The notes beneath the pieces were generated by a model. The model was not told the origin of the DNA and did not search any database. It worked only from the letters and a program-made list of their open reading frames with translations. Position numbers and translations under genes: made by a program. Positions 8,842-19,144 of a DNA stretch of 64,000 nt are shown in pieces; the first letter of the stretch is position 1; each line of letters opens with the position of its first letter. Source of the DNA: Halorutilales archaeon Cl-col2-1 (GTDB lineage Archaea; Halobacteriota; Halobacteria; Halobacteriales; Afararchaeaceae); the NCBI GenBank assembly GCA_041891055.1, contig CP169074.1:1120001-1184000 (forward strand), in the 5' to 3' direction.

Positions 8842-10872
8842 ATGACGGATCAAGGAAGGATACTCTACGCAGGCGGTGAGATAGACGGTATCAGCCCTGA
8901 GTCGGTAGACGAGAGTCTCGACCGGCTCGAGGTCGTACACGAATCCGACTTCGTCACGGCTCTCGAATCCGCCAGGGAAACCGACGTCAGAGGCGTGATC
9001 GCCTCCCACCGGACTAACGGCTTCAGAGGCGTCGACCTACTTGAGTCGATGCGTCAGGAGGGGCTGGGAATCCCCGTAGCCGTGGTAGTTCGGGAGGAGG
9101 AGGCAGGCGAAGTGGCACGCAGAGCAGTCGAAGCCGACGCCACGGCTTTGGTGCCAGCAGGCGATGACGACGCTCTCGAAGCCTTAGCTGACGCGATCGA
9201 GAGAAACATGAGCACCGAGGATGGACGTAGACGTGAAGAAGACAGACGTATGCCAATATCCGACCTGCCCTTCGAGGACGAGAGACGTCTCAAGGAACGT
9301 GTCCTTGACGAGGCACCCATAGGAATCACGGTCTCGAACGCCGACGACCCCGATAACCCCATAATCTACCTCAACAAGTCGTTCGAGAGTCTGACTGGGT
9401 ACTCGGCCGAGGAGGTAGTGGGTGCGAACCACAGGTTTCTACAGGGAAGCGAGACCGACACCGAGAAGGTCGAGGAGCTCGGAAGAGGTGTCTCAGAGGG
9501 GCGTGACACACGGGTTACACTGCGTAACTACACCCGGGACGGTGACCTCTTCTGGAACCAGGTAGACGTAAGCCCTATATCCGACTCAGAGAACGAGACG
9601 TCTTATTACGTGGGGTTCCAGATGGACGTCACCGAGCGCGAGAGATTCAGACACGAGCTTGAGGAGGAGCGCGAGGCTTTCGACCGTCTCATAGACCGGA
9701 TGAACAGTCTCATCAACGACATCACGAGATGTCTTGTACGTGCCGAGAGCCGCGAGGAGGTCGAGGAGTCAGTCGTCGAAAAGCTCGGCGAGGAGTACGA
9801 TCAGGCTTGGATCGGAAGGTACAGCCCCACGGACGGCGAGGTGACTGTAGACGAGACCTCGATACGAGACAGAGAGGAACGACAGAATAGAATCAGCGTC
9901 GGAGAGGAAGACTCCGAGCGAGTAGTGAGTGACGTAGTCGAGAGACACGAGACAAGTGTCGTCGAGGGCGACGAAGCCGAGTCCCTCCGTCGTCGTATAC
10001 TGGACGGGTCAGTCGACGACTCCAAGTCGGGGTCTTCTTTCTGTGTCACCGTCCCCGTGACCTACCAGTCGACGACATACGGTGTGATTGGTGTCTGGGG
10101 AGACGGTGAGAGACTCGACACCAGGGAGCCTGGGCTTCTCGCGTCGGTCGCCAGAAGCGTTGGGGCATCGATCAACGACGTCTTGACTAAGAGGACTATG
10201 TCGACCGACTCGGTGGTGCGCCTGGGTATTCGGATAGAGAACGACGGATCGCCTCTCGTGGAAGTCGCCGACGAGGTTGGAGGGAGTCTCGAATACGAGG
10301 GTGCCGTGACACAGGGCGGCGGTATAGCTATACTCGTGAGTACGTCAGCCGACCCAGGGGAAGCCGTCGAAGCTGCGGGACAGAACAGCGGCGTTGTAGA
10401 CGCCGAGGTACTCGTCTCAGACGAAGAAGGAACTGTTGTACAGATACGTGTCGATCGAATCGGTCTCGTGAGTGAGGTCTCCGAGCACGGTGGCCGTCTG
10501 AGGTCGATGGAGGTGACACCCAACGGCGTCGAGGCGGAGCTGGACGTCGGAAACGAGAGAGAAGCACGCCGTCTCCTCGACCGTCTGAAACAGACCTACT
10601 CAGGGTCGGAAGCTGACGTCAGTCTCGCAACCTACAGAACAGTAGAGGAAGCATCACAGACGACACAAGGCTTCAGAAACGAGGTAAGAGACCGTCTGAC
10701 ACAGCGTCAGATGACAGCCCTCCAGAAGGCGTATACGGGAGGCTTCTTCGACTGGCCCAGGCGTGTCGAGGGCGAGAGGCTCGCCGAGTCGATGGACATA
10801 GTTCCGTCGACCTACCACCAGCATCTACGTACCGCGGAGAGAAAGCTCATAGAGGCTTTCCTAAACGGCTGA
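8842..10872 (+). CDS. bat: Bacterio-opsin activator (receiver-like, PAS/LOV, GAF, HTH_10)
   Basis: NHRFLQG...LRNYTRDGDLFWNQV LOV-like PAS; C-terminal LTQRQ..AYTGGFFDWPR..STYHQHLRTAERK HTH; follows brp. Confidence 0.92.
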   Translation: MTDQGRILYAGGEIDGISPESVDESLDRLEVVHESDFVTALESARETDVRGVIASHRTNGFRGVDLLESMRQEGLGIPVAVVVREEEAGEVARRAVEADATALVPAGDDDALEALADAIERNMSTEDGRRREEDRRMPISDLPFEDERRLKERVLDEAPIGITVSNADDPDNPIIYLNKSFESLTGYSAEEVVGANHRFLQGSETDTEKVEELGRGVSEGRDTRVTLRNYTRDGDLFWNQVDVSPISDSENETSYYVGFQMDVTERERFRHELEEEREAFDRLIDRMNSLINDITRCLVRAESREEVEESVVEKLGEEYDQAWIGRYSPTDGEVTVDETSIRDREERQNRISVGEEDSERVVSDVVERHETSVVEGDEAESLRRRILDGSVDDSKSGSSFCVTVPVTYQSTTYGVIGVWGDGERLDTREPGLLASVARSVGASINDVLTKRTMSTDSVVRLGIRIENDGSPLVEVADEVGGSLEYEGAVTQGGGIAILVSTSADPGEAVEAAGQNSGVVDAEVLVSDEEGTVVQIRVDRIGLVSEVSEHGGRLRSMEVTPNGVEAELDVGNEREARRLLDRLKQTYSGSEADVSLATYRTVEEASQTTQGFRNEVRDRLTQRQMTALQKAYTGGFFDWPRRVEGERLAESMDIVPSTYHQHLRTAERKLIEAFLNG

Positions 10873-10915
10873 TATGTCGGGAGCCTCTGAAGCAAACCCA
10901 AGAGGGTGGTAGATT

Positions 10916-11734
10916 ATGTCTTACCTCGCCTATGTGACTGTGTCAGTAGTGGGGGTCTCAGGTGTGGTGGCTATCGTAGCGTGGCACAGACGGGGACTGA
11001 GAAGGCTGTCCGACGTCCTCGGTGTAGGTGTCCTGAGCCTGATAGCCGTGGGTTACACATTCGGATGGGACGCGTATCTCATATACAGGGATGTATGGTG
11101 GTACGGCGACGGTGTCGTAAGCTTCCGCATCGTAGGAGTCCCCGCAGGGGAGATACTCTTCTTCGTAGCCCAGACTTCGCTGACATCGTTCTGGCTGTAC
11201 AGTCTCAAGCCCGACTTCGGCAGGAGTCTCGGAGAGACCGAGCCCGATAGACACCGCGACGGATTCGGGCTCGACCCGGCTCTCGTTACTGTCGTTCTAG
11301 GAGGCGTATCAGGTCTCCTTCTCGTCTTCGTGGCTCCCCAGAGGTACTACTACCTGGGTCAGATACTCGTCTGGGGAGCCCCGATGGTGTTCTTCCTCTG
11401 GTACGTCGGCAGTGAGATACTCCGTGAAAACATACGTCTCGTCGTAGCCGGAGTGGCTGTTCCGACCGTATACCTCTGGGGAGTCGACAGAGCCGCTATA
11501 CAGAGGGGTCTCTGGACCATCTCGGAGGAACACTCGACCGGAATAGGACTTCTAGGTCTACCCTTGGAGGAGATGGTGTTCTTCGGAGTGACTAACAGCC
11601 TCGTCGTCTTCGGCTTAGTCCTATATCTCTGGGTGGCTGAGCGCGCTAGAGACGGAGAAAAAGAAGAGGACTATCTGACTGGCATGAGACGCCTGATACT
11701 CGGGGTCAGAGACGGGGACGGGAACACGAGATAG
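10916..11734 (+). CDS. crtY: Lycopene beta-cyclase (CrtYcd fusion type)
   Basis: Two cyclase repeats WD..I...W.Y..GVP..E.LFF and VDR.AI..G.W.I..GLPLEEMVFF; in retinal cluster. Confidence 0.88.
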   Translation: MSYLAYVTVSVVGVSGVVAIVAWHRRGLRRLSDVLGVGVLSLIAVGYTFGWDAYLIYRDVWWYGDGVVSFRIVGVPAGEILFFVAQTSLTSFWLYSLKPDFGRSLGETEPDRHRDGFGLDPALVTVVLGGVSGLLLVFVAPQRYYYLGQILVWGAPMVFFLWYVGSEILRENIRLVVAGVAVPTVYLWGVDRAAIQRGLWTISEEHSTGIGLLGLPLEEMVFFGVTNSLVVFGLVLYLWVAERARDGEKEEDYLTGMRRLILGVRDGDGNTR

Positions 11735-11743
11735 AGGTCAAGG

Positions 11744-11995
11744 TCAGAAGAAGACTACCGACACGGCGTTGATGACTACGAGGACAACCCCGGCTCCGAG
11801 AAGAAGACTGCTATCTCTCTTTCTGCCCTCGTAGACGTAGTAAGCAGCCACGATGACGGCGGAAAGAGCGACGAAGTTCGCCGACATGAGGTTGAGGATA
11901 TCGAGGAGTATCCCGAGACTAAAGAAGATGACGACTCCCTGGAGAAGTACTACGAGCGCGTTCTTCGAGGACTGATCCATCGTCGACATACTCAT
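11744..11995 (-). CDS. Small hypothetical membrane protein (3 TM)
   Basis: 83-aa hydrophobic ORF with host codon usage. Confidence 0.6.
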   Translation of the reverse strand: MSMSTMDQSSKNALVVLLQGVVIFFSLGILLDILNLMSANFVALSAVIVAAYYVYEGRKRDSSLLLGAGVVLVVINAVSVVFF

Positions 11996-12042
11996 CTATA
12001 CGTGAGACTGACGCATATGGCTGTCGAATACGACGAGTTTTC

Positions 12043-12534
12043 CTATCCCCTTACAGGGATCTTCCCGAGCTGCACAGTCCTCTCAACTGTCTCACCGTCG
12101 GCGCGAGCCGTGACGTCCATCTCGGCGGGGGTCGAACCTCTCGGTATCTCCCACGTCGAGGTTACCTCTCGCGACTCACCAGGAGGCACAGTCACCGAGT
12201 CGCCACCCTGAGACTCCTGTCCGTCTGCGACCACGTTTCCCAGGATGAGTTCGTAGTCGTCCTGTGTCGGGTTGTCGACGGCGACAGTAATGGTGAGGCT
12301 CCACGTATCCTCACCCCTCTCGATAACTCCCGACTCCAGAGTCTCTGTCTGTGGTGTCTCGGTCAGAACCTCGTCTCCTATTCCGACTAGGCGTTGTTCC
12401 TCTTCCTCCTCCTCTAGCCATGGTATGTCGAAGAAATGCTGTCCTATCAGACCCGAGAATGTGAGTATCTCGGTGAGTATCGGGATACCTATACCGAGCC
12501 CTATCATGAGACGTATCAGGGTTCGTCTCTTCAT
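12043..12534 (-). CDS. Membrane-anchored acidic protein downstream of the ba3 oxidase operon
   Basis: N-terminal basic + hydrophobic segment, beta-rich acidic domain. Confidence 0.7.
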   Translation of the reverse strand: MKRRTLIRLMIGLGIGIPILTEILTFSGLIGQHFFDIPWLEEEEEEQRLVGIGDEVLTETPQTETLESGVIERGEDTWSLTITVAVDNPTQDDYELILGNVVADGQESQGGDSVTVPPGESREVTSTWEIPRGSTPAEMDVTARADGETVERTVQLGKIPVRG

Positions 12535-12724
12535 AGATACCTCAGCTCCTGTTGACGGAAGACCTGGTTGATTCTTTCCGTTGAGCCTACTACGTTCATA
12601 GTAACACTTTGCTCGCTTTATTATTAAGCATTGTCACAACGCAAACGGCTGTATAGTTCTGTGACTCGACTTCGCTTCTGTGGTATGCGTCGAAAAAAGT
12701 AAAGTACGGATAAGACCGGTTAAG

Positions 12725-14434
12725 CTACGGTCTGACCGGAACTGCTCCCGGCGTGAGAGGACCGTCTGCTACCCAGCTCATCACGGGTACTCCGAAGGCG
12801 AGTAGGAGGAGCACGACTGCTATTGCTCCCCAGAGCTTGAGGTTGTCGAGTATGAGAGGACCGTCCTCGGGACCCGACAGGGGCTCGGGAATCGTGAAGT
12901 CGTGCTGAGCGGCGTCTATCCTACTTCCAGCGAAGACCGAAGCGACAAGGACAGCTATGAACGCGAGCGACGATATGAAGAGGAATACTCCTCCTATCGC
13001 TAGCTGCCATCTGATCTCCGACATGCTTCCGAGAGGAGCCGTGAACTCGAAGAGCCTGTAAGTCGGCTCGGCGGTTCTCCTCGGCGATCCGGCGAGTCCG
13101 GCACGGTGCATCGCGTTCGACATGAAGGTCATTCCTATGAACCACAGGTAGGGCTGAACCATGGCGAGACCCTTGAGGCTGAGATCCTTGCCCGTGAGCT
13201 GTGGGTAGAGCCAGTAGATGAGTCCCATCATCGTGAGCGTGACCGCACTACCGACTGTGAGATGGAAATGTCCGGGTACCCAGAGCGTGTTGTGGACGAG
13301 GTAGTTGAGGTTGAGTGCTGCGTTGACCATTCCGCTGAATCCACCCGCCGCGAAGAAGAGTCCGGCGAGTGCCATCGCGGAGAACTGAGGCTTCTCCCAC
13401 GGAAGTGCCTTGAGCCAGCCGAGTCTTCCGGTTCCGCCACGCTGTCTCGCTCCGTGCTCCATGCTCGCCACCGCGGTGAAGGCGGTGAGGAGGCTCGGGA
13501 GGAGGAGGAACATCGTGTTAGACATCACGACGTACTTGAAGCCGTTCGGAACACCCGGATCCATGTACTGATGGTGGAATCCGACGGGTGCCGAGAGCAG
13601 GAGGAAGAGTATGAAGACGACCCTTGCGAGCGGATCGCTGAAGAGACGTCCTCCCGACAGCTTCGGAAGTACGGTGTACCACGCGAGGTACGCGGGCATC
13701 AGCCAGAAGTAGACGATAGGATGCCCGGTTATCCAGAACAGGGTACGTGTCAGAAGCGGGTCAACCTGTCCTATGATGCCTAGCGACCACGGGAGGAGGA
13801 AGAAGATAACCGATATCGCGATACCGAGAGACGCGAGCTGCCAGAACATCATCGTCGTGACAGCGATAAACGTCTGGAGAGGTATGCGCTCGTCGGGGTT
13901 GTCCTTCTTCCAGTCCCAGAGTGCCGTGAAGTAGTCGAATCCGGCTAGCCAGCTCGCTACGACGTAAAGCACGAGACCGACGTAGAATATGGGATGTGCC
14001 TTGAGCGGGGCGTAGAAGGTGTAGAGGACGTCCGCCTGCATATTGCCGAGTATCGGGACGTCACCCTTGATGAATCCCGCGAACATCGCTATCTCGGCGA
14101 GTATTATGCCGATCAGACCGAGTCTGACCCAGCCACACGTGAACTTGGGATTACCGAGTGACCTGTCTAGGCTCCTCGGAACCGCCCACGTGAATGTGCC
14201 GAGTATAGCGAGTATCGCCCAGAAGATCACCATGTTGACGCCGTGGAGCGTCAGGTAGGTGTAGTAGTCTCCCGACGATATTATTCTTAGCTTATCTGTC
14301 CTGTGCAGCACCTGGAGAAGACCCATTATGGCTCCTATCCCCAGGGTGATTACTCCGACCACGAAGATTCGACGGACTGCCTTAGCCTCCGTAGGGAACT
14401 TGTCCTTGAAGAGCTCGTTCTGTCCTGTTGCCAT
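12725..14434 (-). CDS. cbaA: ba3-type heme-copper oxidase subunit I
   Basis: LTLHG, FWITGHPIVYFW, GFHHQY, WVPGHFHLTVG heme/CuB ligands. Confidence 0.95.
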   Translation of the reverse strand: MATGQNELFKDKFPTEAKAVRRIFVVGVITLGIGAIMGLLQVLHRTDKLRIISSGDYYTYLTLHGVNMVIFWAILAILGTFTWAVPRSLDRSLGNPKFTCGWVRLGLIGIILAEIAMFAGFIKGDVPILGNMQADVLYTFYAPLKAHPIFYVGLVLYVVASWLAGFDYFTALWDWKKDNPDERIPLQTFIAVTTMMFWQLASLGIAISVIFFLLPWSLGIIGQVDPLLTRTLFWITGHPIVYFWLMPAYLAWYTVLPKLSGGRLFSDPLARVVFILFLLLSAPVGFHHQYMDPGVPNGFKYVVMSNTMFLLLPSLLTAFTAVASMEHGARQRGGTGRLGWLKALPWEKPQFSAMALAGLFFAAGGFSGMVNAALNLNYLVHNTLWVPGHFHLTVGSAVTLTMMGLIYWLYPQLTGKDLSLKGLAMVQPYLWFIGMTFMSNAMHRAGLAGSPRRTAEPTYRLFEFTAPLGSMSEIRWQLAIGGVFLFISSLAFIAVLVASVFAGSRIDAAQHDFTIPEPLSGPEDGPLILDNLKLWGAIAVVLLLLAFGVPVMSWVADGPLTPGAVPVRP

Positions 14435-14437
14435 TCT

Positions 14438-14953
14438 TTATACCTCCGATGCGTTGAACTCCGACTTGGGAACCACGTTTAGCTTACCCTCCATCGTGTG
14501 GTGTCCCGAGCCGCAGTACTCGTTACATACTATGCCGTACTCTCCGGGCTCGTCGAAAGTCGTCGTCATCTGCCCGACCTGTCCGGGTATAGCCATCGAG
14601 TTGACGTTGGTGTCGACTATCTCGAAGCCGTGTATGACGTCGGGGCTCGTGTAGTAGAAGGTGACCTCCGAGTCGGTCGGAACTGTTATGGGCTGTGTCG
14701 TTCCGGGCATGTAGAGGAACTGACGTACAAGGACGTTAACCTCGTACTCGTTGGGACCCACCTTATGTACACCACGGTTCTGTGCCGAGAATCTCTCACT
14801 CTGTGTGACGTTCGCGGGACTGATGGTTCCTCCGCTGTCACTTACCATCTTGATACCCGGACCGAGCGCGCCGTACGTAACGGTGGCTACGAGACCGACT
14901 ATGAAGACGAGTGCGACCGCGAGCCATATCTTCTCGTACTTGTGTATATCCAT
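14438..14953 (-). CDS. cbaB: ba3-type oxidase subunit II (CuA)
   Basis: DVIHGF...CNEYCGSGHHTM CuA motif; single TM. Confidence 0.95.
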   Translation of the reverse strand: MDIHKYEKIWLAVALVFIVGLVATVTYGALGPGIKMVSDSGGTISPANVTQSERFSAQNRGVHKVGPNEYEVNVLVRQFLYMPGTTQPITVPTDSEVTFYYTSPDVIHGFEIVDTNVNSMAIPGQVGQMTTTFDEPGEYGIVCNEYCGSGHHTMEGKLNVVPKSEFNASEV

Positions 14954-14959
14954 GAGTTA

Positions 14960-15118
14960 TCACGCTCCTATTACTGAGGGTCTTCCGAGGAACTCTAGGA
15001 AGTACACCCAGATCCAGAGGAAGACCAGTATTAAGAAGTATATTGCTACGAGCGTTGCTGTGCCTGATGGCGTGAAGTCGTCGTGTCCCAGCTCGCGTTC
15101 GATCTCCTCCGAGCTCAC
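14960..15118 (-). CDS. cbaD: ba3-type oxidase small subunit (CbaD/IIa-like), 52 aa, absent from ORF track
   Basis: MSSEEIERELGHDDFTPSGTATLVAIYFLILVFLWIWVYFLEFLGRPSVIGA; GTG start with GGGGGTGG SD; directly upstream of cbaB. Confidence 0.8.
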   Translation of the reverse strand: MSSEEIERELGHDDFTPSGTATLVAIYFLILVFLWIWVYFLEFLGRPSVIGA

Positions 15119-15258
15119 GATACCACCCCCAAACTGTACTTGCGTCTGTGCAGCCGCATATTCTAGTCTTTGACCAACTGATACTTAAATCCTCCAGTCT
15201 GTTTTCAGAGGCTGGGAAAAATGCTTAAGTATATGACACCCGACCCTAACTAGTAAAC

Positions 15259-15447
15259 ATGGTAAGTTCACGCATAGTAGCTGTGATGGCGGCGGTAGCT
15301 GCCGCTCTGTTTGGCATAGCATACGCGACAACCACGTCGAGCCCCGCTACATACCTCTCGACAGTCAGCGTACTTCTCACGGGACTCAGCCTCTACCTTA
15401 TGTTCGGTCCCACAGAGGCGGAGAAGAAGGGTCTCTCGACGCACTAA
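15259..15447 (+). CDS. Small 2-TM membrane protein, divergent from the cba operon
   Basis: 62-aa hydrophobic ORF preceded by TATA-like TTAAGTATA. Confidence 0.6.
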   Translation: MVSSRIVAVMAAVAAALFGIAYATTTSSPATYLSTVSVLLTGLSLYLMFGPTEAEKKGLSTH

Positions 15448-15498
15448 GATAAGACGAGAAGTGCGCTTTCTTCATAGCCATCCTACCGAGAAAGCCTG

Positions 15499-16308
15499 AT
15501 GCTAGGACTCACAATAGGGTCTGACGGCGTCGGCTTAGCGCTCTTCTTTCTCATAGGACTCCTGGGTGGTGCACACTGTCTAGGTATGTGTGGACCCCTC
15601 GTGATGCTGTACTCGTCGAGGATAGACGAGAAGAAGAGCCACGACGCTCTGACCTTCTACGAGATACGTCAGCACGCTCTGTTTAACCTCGGACGTACGG
15701 TTAGCTACGCGGCTATAGGCGCGGCGATGGGTGTGCTCGGCACCGTTTTCTTCTCGTTCGGCGAGATAGCCGACATAGGCGAGTGGTTTCAGGCAGCGAC
15801 GGGGGTCGGAATAGGAGTTCTGATCGCAGTCTCAGGTGTGAGCTACGTCGTAGGAGGGTCGGGAGGAAGCTTCGACGTGACATCGACTACCGGAGGCGTC
15901 ATAGGACGCGCACTCGGGGCTCTCAAGGAACGTATAGACGAGAGGGTACAGGGACCCGGCATACTCGTCTTAGGTATGTTACACGGTCTGCTTCCGTGTC
16001 CCATAATCTATCCCGCCTACTTCTACGCATTCGGGACGGGATCACCCGTCGAGGGATTCGTCTACCTCGCTGTCCTTGGGCTCGGAACATTCCCGACACT
16101 CTTCGTCTACGGAACCTTCTTCCAGTCGCTCGGTGCCGAAAGACGCGCAAGCCTCCACAGGGTTCTCGGCGTCGTCTTCATAGTACTCGGATACATGACC
16201 TTCTCGATGGGTCTGAGCGCGATAGGTATCAGCCTCCCGAGCGTGATGCCGCCGTTCTACCAGCCGCTTGAGAGGTTCAGACAGCTGTGTGAGCCGATTC
16301 TAAACTAA
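15499..16308 (+). CDS. Sulfite exporter TauE/SafE (DsbD_2) family membrane protein, probable oxidase assembly factor
   Basis: GGAHCLGMCGP, FNLGRTVSY, GLLPCPIIY motifs. Confidence 0.88.
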   Translation: MLGLTIGSDGVGLALFFLIGLLGGAHCLGMCGPLVMLYSSRIDEKKSHDALTFYEIRQHALFNLGRTVSYAAIGAAMGVLGTVFFSFGEIADIGEWFQAATGVGIGVLIAVSGVSYVVGGSGGSFDVTSTTGGVIGRALGALKERIDERVQGPGILVLGMLHGLLPCPIIYPAYFYAFGTGSPVEGFVYLAVLGLGTFPTLFVYGTFFQSLGAERRASLHRVLGVVFIVLGYMTFSMGLSAIGISLPSVMPPFYQPLERFRQLCEPILN

Positions 16309-16325
16309 GCTAAGAGGGTGGTAAT

Positions 16326-18680
16326 ATCTCGAAAGTAAAGACAGAGACAGAAGAAGACTCCAACTCGTGTACACTCTGTGACCTCCCCACACCCGAGCCT
16401 CCGGTGACCGACGACGAGACGGAGGGCGAGTTCTGCTGCCGCGGCTGTCTCGAAGTCTACAAGGCGCTCGGAGACGTCGACCCCGACGAGGCGAGCGAAG
16501 AGCTAGTCGACGACGAGCCTGACGATATCGAAGGAGCCGAGACCGAGTTCCTCTCTGTCGAGGGCATGCACTGTTCGGCGTGTGAGGCGTTCATAGAGTC
16601 GAACGCGGTCGAGAAGGAGGGGGTCAAGACAGCCGAGGCGAGCTACGCCACCGACATGGTGAAGATGAGCTACGACCCCGACGAGGTCACGCCCGACGAT
16701 CTCCCCGGAGCCATAACCGGGATGGGGTACACGGCTCGGAGACAGGACGAGGAGGTCAGGGAGGACGAGAGGACGACACTCCTAGGACGTCTCTTGGTCG
16801 GAGGCTTCTTCGGAATGCTCGTGATGATGAGCTATGTCCTCTTCCTCTACCCCAAGTACCTCGGTCTCGACTCTCTCCTCTTGGAGAGCTTAGACACGAG
16901 CGCGGGAACCTACTTACTCGGAAACCTCTGGGTGATGACCTCGGTCGTCCTCTTCTACACGGGATTCCCGATACTCAGAGGAGCATACGTCAGCCTCAAG
17001 GCGGGACAGCCCAACATGGATCTCTTAGTCGCTCTCGCAGCCGTGAACGCTTACGTCTTCAGCAGTATCCGTCTCCTCTTAGGCGGCACAGACCTCTACT
17101 TCGACATCTCGGTAACCATAGTCATGGCTGTCATGGTAGGCAACTACTACGAGGACACTGTGAAGAAGAGGGCGGTCGAGGGTCTCTCGGATCTCACCTC
17201 GATACAGGTCAACGAGGCGACTCTGAGGAGAGACGGCGACCAGGAGAAAGTAAACGTCGACGAACTCGAACCCGGCGACGAAGTCGTCGTCAAGCCGGGA
17301 GAGAGAATACCTGTCGACGGGATCGTCTCCGAGGGGGTCGCGGCGGTAGACGAGTCGCTCATCACGGGTGAGTCGGTTCCCGTCACGAAGTCGGTGGGTG
17401 ACGAGGTCGTCGGAGGTGCTGTAGTGACAGACGCAAGCCTCGTCGTCGAGGTCGGGGACGATGTCACGAGCACACTCGACAGACTCGTCAACCTACTCTG
17501 GGACATACAGTCGTCGCGCACAGGCGTCCAGAGGCTTGCCGACAAGATAGCCGCCGTCTTCGTGCCTCTCGTCGTGACGGTAGCCGTCGTCGTCTTCGTA
17601 GCCAACATCGTGATGGGATCGGCTCCGACCTCCGCCTTCCTGACTTCTCTCGCAGTACTCGTCGTCTCGTGTCCGTGTGCACTCGGTCTCGCCACACCGC
17701 TCGCGGTTGCATCGGGGATGCGTGAGTCACTCGACAAGGGAATAGTGATAGCAGACGGCTCCGTCTTCGAGGACGCGGACGAGGCGGATGTCGTAGCCTT
17801 CGACAAGACGGGTACTCTCACGACGGGAGAGATGACTGTCGCCGACGTCCACGCCGACAGCCCCGACGAGGTAGCCGAGAGGGCATCGGGAGTCGAACAG
17901 TTCTCCGAACATCCGATAGCCGAGGCGGTCACCGAACACAGTAAGCCGAAGAGAGACGTCGAGGCGGACTCCTTCGAGCGTCACCCGGGCGAGGGGGTCA
18001 GCGGCGTCGTCGATACGGACAGGGTCGCGGCGGGAAGCCAAGACCTCTTCGGAAGCCTCGGCTGGGAGATAAGGAACGAGGATAACAGCCGCGCCGACGA
18101 GGTCGAGAGTAACGGTAACGTCGCCGTATTCGTGGGATGGGACGGCGAGTCGAAGGGCGTCATAGAGATCGGCGACAGCCTCAGAGACGGCTGGAAGGAC
18201 GTCCTCTCAGATCTGTCGGAGAGCCACGAGGTAGTCGTCATAACCGGCGACTCGTCGGGCGACCGTCTGAGGAGACACGGCTTCATAGACGAGGTCTTCG
18301 CGGGGGTACCGCCGGAGGCTAAGGTCGAGACTGTCGAGAGGCTCGACGGAACGAGCGTGATGGTGGGAGACGGAACCAACGACGCTCCCGCTCTCGCTAC
18401 CGCCGACTTAGGAATAGGAATGGGAGGCGGAACCGCCGCGGCGACAGACGCAGCCGACGCCGTCGTGACGACTGACAGTCTCGAAGACCTCACGAGCATC
18501 TTCAGGATAACACGTTCGACACGGTCGAGGATAAGACAGAACCTGGGGTGGGCTTTCCTCTACAACATCATAGCCATACCCGTCGCCGCGCTCGGCTACA
18601 TAAATCCGCTGTTCGCCGCGCTCGCTATGGCTGCGAGCTCTATAATAGTCGTGGTAAACTCATCACGTTCGATGGACTGA
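16326..18680 (+). CDS. P1B-type heavy-metal (Cu) translocating ATPase, CcoI/FixI-like
   Basis: CTLCDLP..FCCRGC, GMHCSAC, CPC, DKTGT, SEHP, GDGTND; start uncertain (ATC 16326 proposed; first GTG is 16404). Confidence 0.92.
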   Translation: MSKVKTETEEDSNSCTLCDLPTPEPPVTDDETEGEFCCRGCLEVYKALGDVDPDEASEELVDDEPDDIEGAETEFLSVEGMHCSACEAFIESNAVEKEGVKTAEASYATDMVKMSYDPDEVTPDDLPGAITGMGYTARRQDEEVREDERTTLLGRLLVGGFFGMLVMMSYVLFLYPKYLGLDSLLLESLDTSAGTYLLGNLWVMTSVVLFYTGFPILRGAYVSLKAGQPNMDLLVALAAVNAYVFSSIRLLLGGTDLYFDISVTIVMAVMVGNYYEDTVKKRAVEGLSDLTSIQVNEATLRRDGDQEKVNVDELEPGDEVVVKPGERIPVDGIVSEGVAAVDESLITGESVPVTKSVGDEVVGGAVVTDASLVVEVGDDVTSTLDRLVNLLWDIQSSRTGVQRLADKIAAVFVPLVVTVAVVVFVANIVMGSAPTSAFLTSLAVLVVSCPCALGLATPLAVASGMRESLDKGIVIADGSVFEDADEADVVAFDKTGTLTTGEMTVADVHADSPDEVAERASGVEQFSEHPIAEAVTEHSKPKRDVEADSFERHPGEGVSGVVDTDRVAAGSQDLFGSLGWEIRNEDNSRADEVESNGNVAVFVGWDGESKGVIEIGDSLRDGWKDVLSDLSESHEVVVITGDSSGDRLRRHGFIDEVFAGVPPEAKVETVERLDGTSVMVGDGTNDAPALATADLGIGMGGGTAAATDAADAVVTTDSLEDLTSIFRITRSTRSRIRQNLGWAFLYNIIAIPVAALGYINPLFAALAMAASSIIVVVNSSRSMD

Positions 18681-18690
18681 GTCAGCCGTG

Positions 18691-19035
18691 TCAGTCGCGG
18701 CTGTGAACCAGACGCGTCTCGAAGACGTAGTCGGAGTCGGCGTCTATCTCGACACAGATACCCTCGAAGTTGGTGTGGTACTCACGTGTATTTCTGGCGT
18801 CAGACCTGACGTCTATCTCGACCTCAACGACAGATGCTTCGACTAGACAGTCGAGCTTTCTGTACGTCGTTGAAAGAGGTATTCCCGACTCGTCGGATAT
18901 CTCACCCGCTGTGAGACTCGACGGCGTGTCAACTCCTTCAGTCGTCTCACGTATGACCGAGAGTATCTCACGGCAGTCGGGGTCAGTAAGAGCATCCAGA
19001 ACTTCCTGAACGCCTGTCTGTGTCGTGTTAGGCAT
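18691..19035 (-). CDS. ArsR-like winged helix-turn-helix protein
   Basis: VLDALTDPDCREIL...TAGEISDESGIPLSTTYRKL. Confidence 0.85.
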   Translation of the reverse strand: MPNTTQTGVQEVLDALTDPDCREILSVIRETTEGVDTPSSLTAGEISDESGIPLSTTYRKLDCLVEASVVEVEIDVRSDARNTREYHTNFEGICVEIDADSDYVFETRLVHSRD

Positions 19036-19144
19036 TCGGCTAAAGGTACGTTACACAGGGTAATGAGTCGAACGGTCGGTGACTGACTTTCAACGCATGT
19101 ACCACAAGAAAGAACCGACCTACATAAGTCGTGAGACGTCGTAT

